Part shown: in pieces, positions 27,210 to 36,556 of the stretch | Layout of the letters: each line of letters opens with the position of its first letter | Numbering within the stretch: the stretch's first letter is position 1 | Assembly: GCA_964638195.1 (NCBI GenBank) | Contig: CAZXAV010000001.1 | Location: 1 to 53,721, forward strand | Length of the DNA stretch: 53,721 bases | Reading direction: 5' to 3' | DNA from: an uncultured Prevotella sp. | Lineage (GTDB): Bacteria > Bacillota > Clostridia > Christensenellales > UBA1242 | Position numbers and translations under genes: made by a program | The notes under the pieces: generated by a model | Databases searched by the model: none | Seen by the model: only the letters and a program-made list of their open reading frames with translations | Told to the model about the DNA's origin: nothing

Positions 27210-27777
27210 AATTTGGAATTCCTTTTTTGATTAACAAAGTCACCGCCACCGTGGTTACGACGGCTAAACCCATAGATAATACCACATTCCATGCGTTCAA
27301 ATCAAAGACATCGTTACCAGTACCTGCAAAATATGTATATGTTAAAATAAAACCATTATTGATAAAATGGATTAACATGGTCCAACCAATTTGGTGGGTC
27401 TTCATAAAAATCCAAGCCAACCAAATGCCCATCAACAACTGGTAAACGGTTTGCGACCATGAACCGTGGTACAGCATGAAAATGACCGCACTAATCCCAA
27501 TCACACACCAATCGGGCATTTTGGTTAATTTCAATAATTTGCAACAAAATAAACGGAAAATCAATTCTTCAACCATGGGCACCAACACCGCCCCAATGAT
27601 TAAAGCCATCCAGAAACCATCTTGGAATAAATCGGTGTCCGTGGTACGTGCTTCCCAACCCCAACGGATAAAAAGTTCGGCACACAAATTTTGCAACATC
27701 AAATAACCGAACAAGCAAAACACTGCGATGACTACACACACCGCCGCAGTGCGTAAATTACTCTTAACTTTTGGCAT
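27199..27777 (-). CDS. CPBP-family intramembrane glutamic endopeptidase (second paralogue)
   Basis: The motifs are 'VEELIFRLF', 'FMLYHGSW' and 'MLIHFINNGF'. The track ORF extends to 27813, but ATG 27777 (MPKVKSN...) sits 7 nt after a TATACT -10 box and avoids overlapping the divergent MBL gene. The 3' end overlaps the next CPBP gene by 11 nt. Confidence 0.75.
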   Translation of the reverse strand: MPKVKSNLRTAAVCVVIAVFCLFGYLMLQNLCAELFIRWGWEARTTDTDLFQDGFWMALIIGAVLVPMVEELIFRLFCCKLLKLTKMPDWCVIGISAVIFMLYHGSWSQTVYQLLMGIWLAWIFMKTHQIGWTMLIHFINNGFILTYTYFAGTGNDVFDLNAWNVVLSMGLAVVTTVAVTLLIKKGIPNYEK

Positions 27778-27792
27778 CTTTTCTAGTATATT
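27764..27792 (+). promoter_or_regulatory. Promoter TTAACT-17-TATATT for the MBL hydrolase gene (leaderless geometry)
   Basis: TTAACT is at 27764-27769, followed by a 17-nt spacer, TATATT at 27787-27792, and 6 nt (ATTAAA) to ATG 27799. There is no SD. Its -10 box overlaps the opposite-strand -10 box (AGTATATT). Confidence 0.5.
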
Positions 27793-27813
27793 ATTAAAAT
27801 GCTGAAAATCCAA
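27785..27813 (-). promoter_or_regulatory. Promoter TTGGAT-17-TATACT for the CPBP-CPBP-tadA-DUF4097 unit (leaderless geometry)
   Basis: On the minus strand, TTGGAT is at 27813-27808, followed by a 17-nt spacer, TATACT at 27790-27785, and 7 nt to ATG 27777. There is no SD. Confidence 0.45.
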
Positions 27814-28587
27814 ACGTTAAGTAGCGGCAGCGCGGGTAACATCACCTATGTTGGCAGTGCAACCACGGGCATTTTGATTGATGTCGGTTTACCCTTATCA
27901 ATGACCCTTAAATTGATGGGTCAAGCCAACATTGACCCACATTCGATTACGGGTTTGGTGATTACCCATGAACACAGCGACCATTTGAAAGGTGTTGCCG
28001 ATTTTGTCACGCAATACAATGTCCCGATTTATTGTTACGAACGCAGTGCCAAAATTTTACGACGCAGTTTGAAATTACCACCCCACCACTTTGTTGAAAC
28101 GGACAGCACTTTTGACATCGGTGACATTACGGTCAACTGTTTCCCCGTACCACACGACAGCCAATTTTGTTTAGGTTATACTTTCCAATGCGGTAATTCC
28201 ACCGTGGGGATTGCAACGGATATCGGTCAAATGACGGACACTATTCTTGCCAACTTAGCGGCTTGCCAAATTGTGGTTTTGGAAAGCAACCACGACATTC
28301 AAAAACTGATGGCGAACCCAAAGTACCCCGATTGGTTAAAACGTCGCATTCTCGGTAACCGCGGACATTTGTCCAACCTTGATTGCGGACGCACGATTGC
28401 GAAACTATACCAAGCCCACGTATCCCAAGTTATCTTAGCGCATTTAAGTGAAAAGAATAACACCCCCACTCTGGCTTACCAAACCGTCAAACAATACTTA
28501 CAAACCCAAGGAATTACCGAAGGCAAAGACATCTACATTGACGTCGCCATGCAAAGCCAAATTGGTAACTGCTACTGCTTAGAATAA
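27799..28587 (+). CDS. MBL-fold metallo-hydrolase (YycJ/WalJ-like)
   Basis: The ORF is 262 aa. The start 'MLKIQTLSSGSAGNITYV' and the 'THEHSDH' metal-binding motif match the YycJ-type length and N-terminus. Confidence 0.8.
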   Translation: MLKIQTLSSGSAGNITYVGSATTGILIDVGLPLSMTLKLMGQANIDPHSITGLVITHEHSDHLKGVADFVTQYNVPIYCYERSAKILRRSLKLPPHHFVETDSTFDIGDITVNCFPVPHDSQFCLGYTFQCGNSTVGIATDIGQMTDTILANLAACQIVVLESNHDIQKLMANPKYPDWLKRRILGNRGHLSNLDCGRTIAKLYQAHVSQVILAHLSEKNNTPTLAYQTVKQYLQTQGITEGKDIYIDVAMQSQIGNCYCLE

Positions 28588-31500
28588 TTATTTAGTTGTC
28601 ATCTTACGGCGCATACGCATGAAGACCAAGATACCAATCCCCACAACACCCAACACAACCGCTAAAATCACATAGCCAAAGGTGCTTTGTTGTGCGTTGA
28701 CTGTCCAAGTGTCCATATGGACATAATCGCCGTCCGCATCACGAACCATGACGGTATATAAACCCGCATCCGAGACACTGAATAACGCTTGCGAATCAAC
28801 ACCTGCGGTTGCCAAGGTGCTGCTGTCCACAGTGACCGCTTGTTGTTCAACAAAGTCTTTGTACAAATAAATCATAACCGTACCTTGCGCATGGTACAAC
28901 CAATACGGGTTGTAATACAACGTGACCGTCCCCGTGGTGGCAGTTCCACTGCCGCTGCTGAGTACGAAATAACTGCTGGCACTGTTGGCTTTGTGTTGGA
29001 TGTTAAATTCCACCACGTGCGTAATGTAAGTTTGCAAAATCGCATTGTAAGTTTGTAAAGTAATGGTGTAGCTACCGGGGTTTTCGTCGGCACTGAATTT
29101 CATATAATCATTGACTTTCAAATCATCGAAGTCATGAATTTTGTAGCCGTTGCGTTTGACCGATTCCACTTTGATATCAGGATAAATCGGCATGCTGAAT
29201 GATTCACGAATCGTATAAGACGGCACAATTTGGAATTGGTATTCGGATTCCAACAAATCCGAAATATTTGAACCAATGCTGTACGATACTTTGACACGAT
29301 AGTTACCACTCCTGTTCCAATAGAACGAAGTTTGTGAACCATTGACTTGATATTCTTCCATGGTTTCGCCATTGGACCCCGTATAACGCACTTCCATTTT
29401 GGTCACGCAGAATTGTTTGTTAAAAAATTCTTTATCTTCTTTTAATTTGTCCGCATAAAGTTTGGTCAAGAAAGTATTACCATAATCAACCAATTTCATT
29501 TCGACTTGGTCGTTGTAAACCATGCCGTTAACGGGTTGCTTGTCGTTAATCAAAATCATAGGTTTGGTCATTACCGCCAACATGTAACGTTTTTGACGAT
29601 ATAAGATATCACTTTCGTCACTGCTGTTACCGAAGTACAAATAGTTGCCAACCAAATCATGGACAGTAAATTCGTAATACCCCGCATCATAACGGTTAAT
29701 CGTAAAGACATCACCATAATTCAAAGTCTTCACCAATTTTCCGTTGTAATAGCAATCGACCAAAATCAAATTACCTTCAACCAAATAACACGGTGCCCCA
29801 AACGCATCACGCAAAACTGACATGTCGCAGTACAAACTGACTTCCAATTTGTTGTCATGTGCGGTCATGAAACTGTCGCGGATAATGTGATAAGTCGTGG
29901 TATTGGGGACAACTGGGAATGGCGTAAGGCTGGCACTGCCCGATGAAGACGGATTACCATTTAAGCGCAAGGTGATGGCGGTACCGCTGTTCAATTCCCC
30001 ACTGGAAACACCCGTCGTAGCGAAATAAATGGGACTGGTGTAAATCGGTTCACCGTTCTTTTGTCCGCTTAGGAATGCCAAGCGCCAAACTAACGTTTTA
30101 TTCGGTTCATCGTAATAGTAATAATCTGTACCCAATTCCGTGTTCCCCGCCAAGACGCGGTTAGTTTGACCAACCCGAATTTCCAAACCATGGGCTTGAT
30201 AATTGAAAAGCGGATAGAAGATGCCATTACTACTTTCCATGGTGGTGAAAACGTAACGCGGGATATAAGTGTATTCGTTCGTGTTATTGCGATCGGGATA
30301 GAATTTATAATCACTGGTGCTGGCTTGAATTTGTTCGCCATCGTCATAAACCAAAACCATGGTGTTATCAATTTGGACAATTTCAAATTTATAAGTTTTC
30401 TTCGCCCACACTGCATTACGCAACGTTACTTCATAAGCACCGACTTGGTCGAAAGTGAATTTTTTGGTATCGGGTCGCAATGTCACGCGTTCCGTTTGAC
30501 CATCCAAGGTACGCACGTAAGAAACGGTAACTGGGAATGCGGTCGGCACAAGATTTTTGCTGATGTCGAAAATTACGGCACTGACAAAGGTTTGGTCTTC
30601 GACTTCAATCGTTTGGTCACTGGCATTTTTCCATTCCACATTGGGCAAACGGGTGTCAAAGACAAAGGTCTGGTCAAACAGAATTGCCCCACTGGCACGT
30701 CCAGTCGCAACAATGTGATATTGTTGAAGCGTGGTTGAACCTTTTTTCGGAGTAAAGGTATGAGAAATCATGTTGTTGCTGATAAACGATTGCAAATCAC
30801 TTAACAATTCGTCTGTTGCGGCATCATAAATTAAAACTTTGTAAACTGTACTTAAATAGCTGAATTCCACCCCACGTTCATCACCGATGTAAATCACACC
30901 GTTTTGGGTGATGGTGTTACCATAAACATTGAAGTTAATGGTACGTTGTGATTGTTGGTGATATTCGGTCGTACTGACGCGTCCAAAGGGGTCGGTAACG
31001 GTGATGACCAATTCATGGCTGACATCAAAACCTTGGATTGGGGTACCCGCTTTTAATGAGAAATAAGTATCCATGTTCGTACCCGCCGCAGTTCGGTCTT
31101 CAATTTTCATTTTGAAGAGTGCGGATAATTTTTCATCAAACAAGATTAACGGTAAATCGTCATAGTTAATGGCTGTTACCATGATAATGCTGCTAGTTTC
31201 ACTGGCTTGATAACAATCCAGTCGCAGGTTCGCTGCGTTTTCACGGATATTGTAGAATTCAAAAATTTCGGGTGCACCAATCCGGTCGTACAACGTATAC
31301 GAACAACTGACACCTTTTTCGGTCGCAACGTTGATCCAATTATTCAAAGCCTTGATCAAGTTTTCTTCGCTCTTAGGTCCTGTACCCGTGTCATTGCCAA
31401 TGTGCCAACTGGCGGTGCTGCCCAACACGGTGTAATATTCGTCACCACTGACAAATTTGAAAGAATTGTTACGCAAGAAGAATTGGTGCACACTGGAACT

Positions 31501-34500
31501 GGAAGCATGCATTTCAATCCCAGTTTGGATTTTGTCACCTTCGTTACTGGTTGCTCCGATAAAGTTAATGGCATTCACATAATTGCTGCCTTGGATTTGT
31601 ACCAAGTAACTGTTGATGTGCCCCGCATAATCGGTTTCAGTAATGTAATAGTACTTCATTTCATTGTCACGGAGTCCTACCAATGTAGCGAAAGGAATCG
31701 GTTCTTCCCCTTCTGCCCCCGTGTACAGCTTGAATTGCACCGCGGGTTGTGAGCCTTCCCCCGTGCTGTCAACTTCACGGTAAGTGATGGTTTTAACATC
31801 TAAGTAACGGTTGTTGTCTTGGTCACTGGCAAAGACAAATGAATCACTTAAACCATAAACGTAACCGCCCGGCAATTCCGACGCATTCAAGGTACGTGCC
31901 AAGTTATCACCGTCTTTAACTTTAGCTAAGTTATAATTGGGCTTACTAATATCAAATAAAATCGTATAGTTGGTACACGTGTCATCATAGGTCAACAAAC
32001 TAACCGATAAACTGGCACCGTTGGGAATCACCATTCCGTTTAAGAAATCTTCCATCAAATCAAATGTGTATTGGTTATCAACTGGGTTTGGTGTGGCAAA
32101 AGTCGCATCACGGGTAAAGCCGTTGGCTTTCCAACTGGCAACGGTGGCATCAATATCTAAACCTGCGTACATACTGTTTTGGTCGTTTTCAAAGCGGAAT
32201 TTTAATTGGTTAATTTCCGATGGATCAACTATGTAGACATACGCATTGCCATCAAATTCCATGTGTGAATTGGAGATGGTTTTATTGTCTTCAACAATGA
32301 TTTCGGCTTTCGTTCCGTAAGCGGTATCCAAATTCAAAACCAAATAATCATAATTGGCACTGGTGGGCGCACTGGCATCAGTTTTCAATTCCACCAAATT
32401 ACCGTCAATCAACAAACACGAAATGCTGCGTGCGTTATCCGCCACCACCAGTCGGTAAACTGGACCATCGGCACGCGTATCAGCCGCACCAAGCATCCAA
32501 GTTCCGCTGCCCTCGCCCATAGTTTTAATTTGATTGTTGCTGTTGATATAACTGAACCGAGGGGTCAACGATGGGAAGTTAAAATTATGTTCTGTCGCCC
32601 TGGGGTCATTTGAAATGTCAGCAACGAAGTTATAGTTTTCAATCTTGTAATTAGTGGTCTTGTGTTTCCATGAATATTTGTTATTGAAACCCGACACGTA
32701 TGCCACACGGTTACTGCTTAATTCGTTGTTGTTATCATGGAAAACCTTTGCATCCGCCACTTTCACTTTCGGATATTGTTCTTTATTGTAGTAGTCATCC
32801 GATTTTGCGAAAGTCACTTTTAATTCAGTTTGGTATTTGTCTACGTCATAGTGCAACATTTTTTGGTCGTCAACGATAAAATAATAATCACGAGCAATTG
32901 TATCCAAACCACCGTCCTTTGGTGCAGTGGTATAACGACGGCTTATAATATACATCCCCGAGGGCGTTATGGTGTTAACATTAAACAATGCCAAACGAAT
33001 CGTACCACCTTGCGCATCCAAAATGTCATGGTATTGATAAATGAGACCCGAATTACTTTGGTTCGGGAAAATCGGTTCATTATTTTCTGTTAGAGGGTTA
33101 TTGACGGGTTTTTCCGCAAAGGGATAATTTTTAGAATTGAGGTCATACGTAAACGGATAATATTGTAAATAAACACAATCAACGCGGAAATCATCCTTTA
33201 TCGGTCTTTGTAAGAAAGAAAATGTCACATAGGGACGGTTGGTCATTCCACCCGTACTGGTCACCAAACTGGTGTACACCGTGGGTGATGTTTCGGCAAC
33301 CATACCACGGTCAAGATACTTATCTTCGGTTGAAATGCTCAGATAACTTGATTCCGCATACACCATGCCAAGGCAGTTATCATGCGTTAAAATGATATAA
33401 TATTCACCGACATTACCTAAATCATCTGTTACGCGGAAATAGTATGTCCCCTCTTCTTTCAACACAACATAGCCATTGTCAACATCGACTTGCGAGAAGT
33501 CACTTTCTGGATCTGCCACATCACGGTAAGTTTCACCACCCACGCTGTATTCGATTTTGGACAACCCGACACCAATGGCGGGCTGTTCATTGCCTTTATT
33601 ATTGATACCACGTTTGTCGGGCACTAAAACACCGACATCGGGGTTCATTAAATTTTCAAAGATGTCAACAAAGCCAGTGCCGCCGAACATGGCTTTGTTC
33701 TGACTTTGGTTGGCAATCAATTTCTTAGTACCGAAACCTAACTTAACCCCTTCATTTGCATCAAAAATCACAGCATTTGTGTCAACAAGTTCGGATTCTA
33801 CACTTTGGACGAAAGTCGGTGTACTGCCGTCAATAATCAACACGAAATAGGTTTCATTACCAACATCGTCAATCAAAGTAAAACGATACAAACCAGATGC
33901 TGCAAAAGTTTCTTTCAAAGTCCATCCATCTTCGGTCTTGATTGGTTGATAGCCGTCATCGGGTTTGGAAACAGTTTTGGAAAATGCATAAGCCGCATAC
34001 AAATTGGTCGATGGTGTTTTGAAATATTGGTAGTTACGGTCAGCATTCGGGTCAGTTCCCGCTTTTTCCAATTCCATTTCGTAAAATTCACACAAGACGT
34101 TGTTAAAGTTAATCCCACTATCCTTTTGTTTCCATGTCAAACTAACTTCGCCCGCCCCGACAATGGCTACATTTTCGGGCAAATTATCTAACGAGTCGGC
34201 GGTGGTATGAGCTTTGATTCCCGTAGCAGAAGTATCATCGACAACAATGTTAAACACCGAAGTTGATTTGCTGTGTGCACCATATTTAATCGTCAAACGG
34301 TACTGCCCCGGTCTTAAAACAAATTCAAACGCACCACCATTACCCACAGGGAAGTTCATATCCGTATAGGTGTAATTGCTAAATTCGGCATACGCCAAAG
34401 TGATGGTCGGTGGGACTTCAAATTGTCCCAACGTCCTCTGACCATCGTAATTCAATTTCACCGTTTGCCCGCTTAATGTTTGGTTCAAAACCAAATCACC

Positions 34501-36528
34501 TACGTTGTAAGTTTTTGTGCTGCCATTCGCGGTCACATCAAAAGCAATTTTTACGGCATTCACAATTTCAAAGAAGAACGTTTGTTGGCACATTTCTCCG
34601 TTGACTTTGAAATAGACCGTCAACAAATATTGACCAGCGGCTTCAAACGGTGCACCGACTTCCATGGTCGAACTGACCCATTCCGCAGTGTTACCCGTAC
34701 CGCTTGACGCCTTGTATGCCACACTGGACAACACAACTGCCGCTTCCCCATTCATACCTGCCCCCGTCGCATGTCCAACATTGCTGTACAATTTGACTGG
34801 TGGGAAGTTGGTACGCACGGGTTGTAAGTTTTTAGTGGTGACATAGTTTGCCAATTCGGTCGCATACGTCAAAGCATCACTGACGCGCATATTGTTGTAG
34901 TCGGTGACCGAACCGCTTTCCTTGGCGGTCATCTTTGCTTCACGCACCCAAGCGGAAATATCACTACTGATGTTGGCATTTTCACTGTCATAAAATGGCA
35001 ACGGTCCGTTGTATTTACTGTCGGAGTGTTGTCCACCGTAGTAGGCTTGGAAACCAAGAATATTTAAGATACTGGAATATTGGGTGTAGTGTTTCAAAGT
35101 GACGTACCCTTTTGCGGCACCGGGAGTTTTGATACCTTGGTTGGTTTCAAGGTCAAAAAGATACCAACTGTAATATCGCAAGGTTGAAATCACATGGTAT
35201 TCGCCGATGTTGTAAAACTGCAATTCACGCCGGCTGAAATCGTCTGGATTGTTTTGAGAATATTTAGCCGTGGTCTGCACTTGGACATCAAAAAAGTACG
35301 ACATATAAGTCAACGTTGGATATTCGCTTTCGTAAGAATAGTTGTAAATTTCACTATTCCCCGCCACGCGGTATTTGGTATCAAAACGTGGGAAATTCAT
35401 ATAATTGGCTTTATTCACAATGACAAACGAGAAGCTGATATCCAGTTGCGTGAACACACCATCCCCGCTGGTAATCTTTTGTTTGAACATGATTTGGTAA
35501 AAACCTTGTTCTTGGAACATAGCACGTAACGCATTACCGTTATACGCCACCGCACCGATGTCAAAAGTCGTTAACGCACTGTTGGTATAATTGATTTCAC
35601 CCAACAGAACTTGTTCGTTTTCGGGTGTATCATTACGGGCATCATAAACTTTGATGGAATTGCCACTGCGCACGACACGGTACAGAATTTTAGCATTGCT
35701 GTTACAAAGTCGTATCGTGCTATCTGTCGATAAAGTAATATTTGGTGCAACCTTCAAACTTATCGACCCTGTCGATGTGTCCATGATGTTTAAGTCAGTA
35801 CCATCCGCATTTTCAATTACCGCAGTATAGCCGTTAACATTTTGGGCATTAGGGGTCAGTGTTAGATTGAAGATTTCGTTACCATCGGCATCGTCAATCA
35901 CGGTTTCAACGGTCTCACCACCAACCGACAAATTATTGGGTACACCGCAGTAAACTTGATCGGCAGGATATTTGGAATCGACCTCATAAATCAAATTTGC
36001 CAAGGTTTGACCATCACGCGTAATTGTCAAATCTTTGGGGATATCCGACAAGTTGGTCAATTCAAACAAAACTATGTCATCGTAGTTATAGGGGTCAAGC
36101 ATAATGACGGGAACTTCCAAATTATTCCCTAAGCCATTCACAATCGAACGCATTTCGGTATTGGTATAAATCGGATAAGGATAACCCGCTTTACGTTTGG
36201 TTTGGAACTCCGGGAACGACCGAGTGTTCGCGGGCATGGCATTCAAGAACTCGGTTAAAACCCCGCGGTCATAACGTTCTTCCAATAATGTTAATGTGGT
36301 ACTCTGCCCCAAAGTGATTGTTCCAGTATCGGCTGAATCGTACCCCATTCGTTCGTACAAATCGTCAAAAGTTGGAATGTAATTGGGGTCACGCATAAAG
36401 GCTTCGTTGTTGACTGCGTTTGAATTGAAATTACGATAGTTAAACAAGCAAGTTGAGCCAAACAAAGACAGAACCATTGTTACGCTTAAAATGGTCAGCG
36501 CAATAATTCTGCCACGGCTATACTTCAT
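28588..36528 (-). CDS. Giant (2,646 aa) surface protein with an N-terminal signal or anchor, many Ig-like domains, and a C-terminal TM helix plus basic tail
   Basis: ATG 36528 is preceded by GGGGGA SD. The N-terminus is 'MKYSRGRIIALTILSVTMVLSLFGS'. A strand motif G-x-Y-x-h-T-V-x-D-x-x-G-N recurs, for example 'GTYYFRVTDDLGNVGEYY' (33388-33453), 'GLYRFTLIDDVGNETYF' (33841-33900), 'GYYEFTVHDLVGNYLYF' (29641-29685) and 'GLYTVMVRDADGDYVHM' (28721-28770). This is reminiscent of HYR/DUF5011-type Ig folds. The C-terminus is 'FGYVILAVVLGVVGIGILVFMRMRRKMTTK'. Confidence 0.85.
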   Translation of the reverse strand: MKYSRGRIIALTILSVTMVLSLFGSTCLFNYRNFNSNAVNNEAFMRDPNYIPTFDDLYERMGYDSADTGTITLGQSTTLTLLEERYDRGVLTEFLNAMPANTRSFPEFQTKRKAGYPYPIYTNTEMRSIVNGLGNNLEVPVIMLDPYNYDDIVLFELTNLSDIPKDLTITRDGQTLANLIYEVDSKYPADQVYCGVPNNLSVGGETVETVIDDADGNEIFNLTLTPNAQNVNGYTAVIENADGTDLNIMDTSTGSISLKVAPNITLSTDSTIRLCNSNAKILYRVVRSGNSIKVYDARNDTPENEQVLLGEINYTNSALTTFDIGAVAYNGNALRAMFQEQGFYQIMFKQKITSGDGVFTQLDISFSFVIVNKANYMNFPRFDTKYRVAGNSEIYNYSYESEYPTLTYMSYFFDVQVQTTAKYSQNNPDDFSRRELQFYNIGEYHVISTLRYYSWYLFDLETNQGIKTPGAAKGYVTLKHYTQYSSILNILGFQAYYGGQHSDSKYNGPLPFYDSENANISSDISAWVREAKMTAKESGSVTDYNNMRVSDALTYATELANYVTTKNLQPVRTNFPPVKLYSNVGHATGAGMNGEAAVVLSSVAYKASSGTGNTAEWVSSTMEVGAPFEAAGQYLLTVYFKVNGEMCQQTFFFEIVNAVKIAFDVTANGSTKTYNVGDLVLNQTLSGQTVKLNYDGQRTLGQFEVPPTITLAYAEFSNYTYTDMNFPVGNGGAFEFVLRPGQYRLTIKYGAHSKSTSVFNIVVDDTSATGIKAHTTADSLDNLPENVAIVGAGEVSLTWKQKDSGINFNNVLCEFYEMELEKAGTDPNADRNYQYFKTPSTNLYAAYAFSKTVSKPDDGYQPIKTEDGWTLKETFAASGLYRFTLIDDVGNETYFVLIIDGSTPTFVQSVESELVDTNAVIFDANEGVKLGFGTKKLIANQSQNKAMFGGTGFVDIFENLMNPDVGVLVPDKRGINNKGNEQPAIGVGLSKIEYSVGGETYRDVADPESDFSQVDVDNGYVVLKEEGTYYFRVTDDLGNVGEYYIILTHDNCLGMVYAESSYLSISTEDKYLDRGMVAETSPTVYTSLVTSTGGMTNRPYVTFSFLQRPIKDDFRVDCVYLQYYPFTYDLNSKNYPFAEKPVNNPLTENNEPIFPNQSNSGLIYQYHDILDAQGGTIRLALFNVNTITPSGMYIISRRYTTAPKDGGLDTIARDYYFIVDDQKMLHYDVDKYQTELKVTFAKSDDYYNKEQYPKVKVADAKVFHDNNNELSSNRVAYVSGFNNKYSWKHKTTNYKIENYNFVADISNDPRATEHNFNFPSLTPRFSYINSNNQIKTMGEGSGTWMLGAADTRADGPVYRLVVADNARSISCLLIDGNLVELKTDASAPTSANYDYLVLNLDTAYGTKAEIIVEDNKTISNSHMEFDGNAYVYIVDPSEINQLKFRFENDQNSMYAGLDIDATVASWKANGFTRDATFATPNPVDNQYTFDLMEDFLNGMVIPNGASLSVSLLTYDDTCTNYTILFDISKPNYNLAKVKDGDNLARTLNASELPGGYVYGLSDSFVFASDQDNNRYLDVKTITYREVDSTGEGSQPAVQFKLYTGAEGEEPIPFATLVGLRDNEMKYYYITETDYAGHINSYLVQIQGSNYVNAINFIGATSNEGDKIQTGIEMHASSSSVHQFFLRNNSFKFVSGDEYYTVLGSTASWHIGNDTGTGPKSEENLIKALNNWINVATEKGVSCSYTLYDRIGAPEIFEFYNIRENAANLRLDCYQASETSSIIMVTAINYDDLPLILFDEKLSALFKMKIEDRTAAGTNMDTYFSLKAGTPIQGFDVSHELVITVTDPFGRVSTTEYHQQSQRTINFNVYGNTITQNGVIYIGDERGVEFSYLSTVYKVLIYDAATDELLSDLQSFISNNMISHTFTPKKGSTTLQQYHIVATGRASGAILFDQTFVFDTRLPNVEWKNASDQTIEVEDQTFVSAVIFDISKNLVPTAFPVTVSYVRTLDGQTERVTLRPDTKKFTFDQVGAYEVTLRNAVWAKKTYKFEIVQIDNTMVLVYDDGEQIQASTSDYKFYPDRNNTNEYTYIPRYVFTTMESSNGIFYPLFNYQAHGLEIRVGQTNRVLAGNTELGTDYYYYDEPNKTLVWRLAFLSGQKNGEPIYTSPIYFATTGVSSGELNSGTAITLRLNGNPSSSGSASLTPFPVVPNTTTYHIIRDSFMTAHDNKLEVSLYCDMSVLRDAFGAPCYLVEGNLILVDCYYNGKLVKTLNYGDVFTINRYDAGYYEFTVHDLVGNYLYFGNSSDESDILYRQKRYMLAVMTKPMILINDKQPVNGMVYNDQVEMKLVDYGNTFLTKLYADKLKEDKEFFNKQFCVTKMEVRYTGSNGETMEEYQVNGSQTSFYWNRSGNYRVKVSYSIGSNISDLLESEYQFQIVPSYTIRESFSMPIYPDIKVESVKRNGYKIHDFDDLKVNDYMKFSADENPGSYTITLQTYNAILQTYITHVVEFNIQHKANSASSYFVLSSGSGTATTGTVTLYYNPYWLYHAQGTVMIYLYKDFVEQQAVTVDSSTLATAGVDSQALFSVSDAGLYTVMVRDADGDYVHMDTWTVNAQQSTFGYVILAVVLGVVGIGILVFMRMRRKMTTK

Positions 36529-36556
36529 TCGTAGTCCCCCAACATAGTATGGTTAA

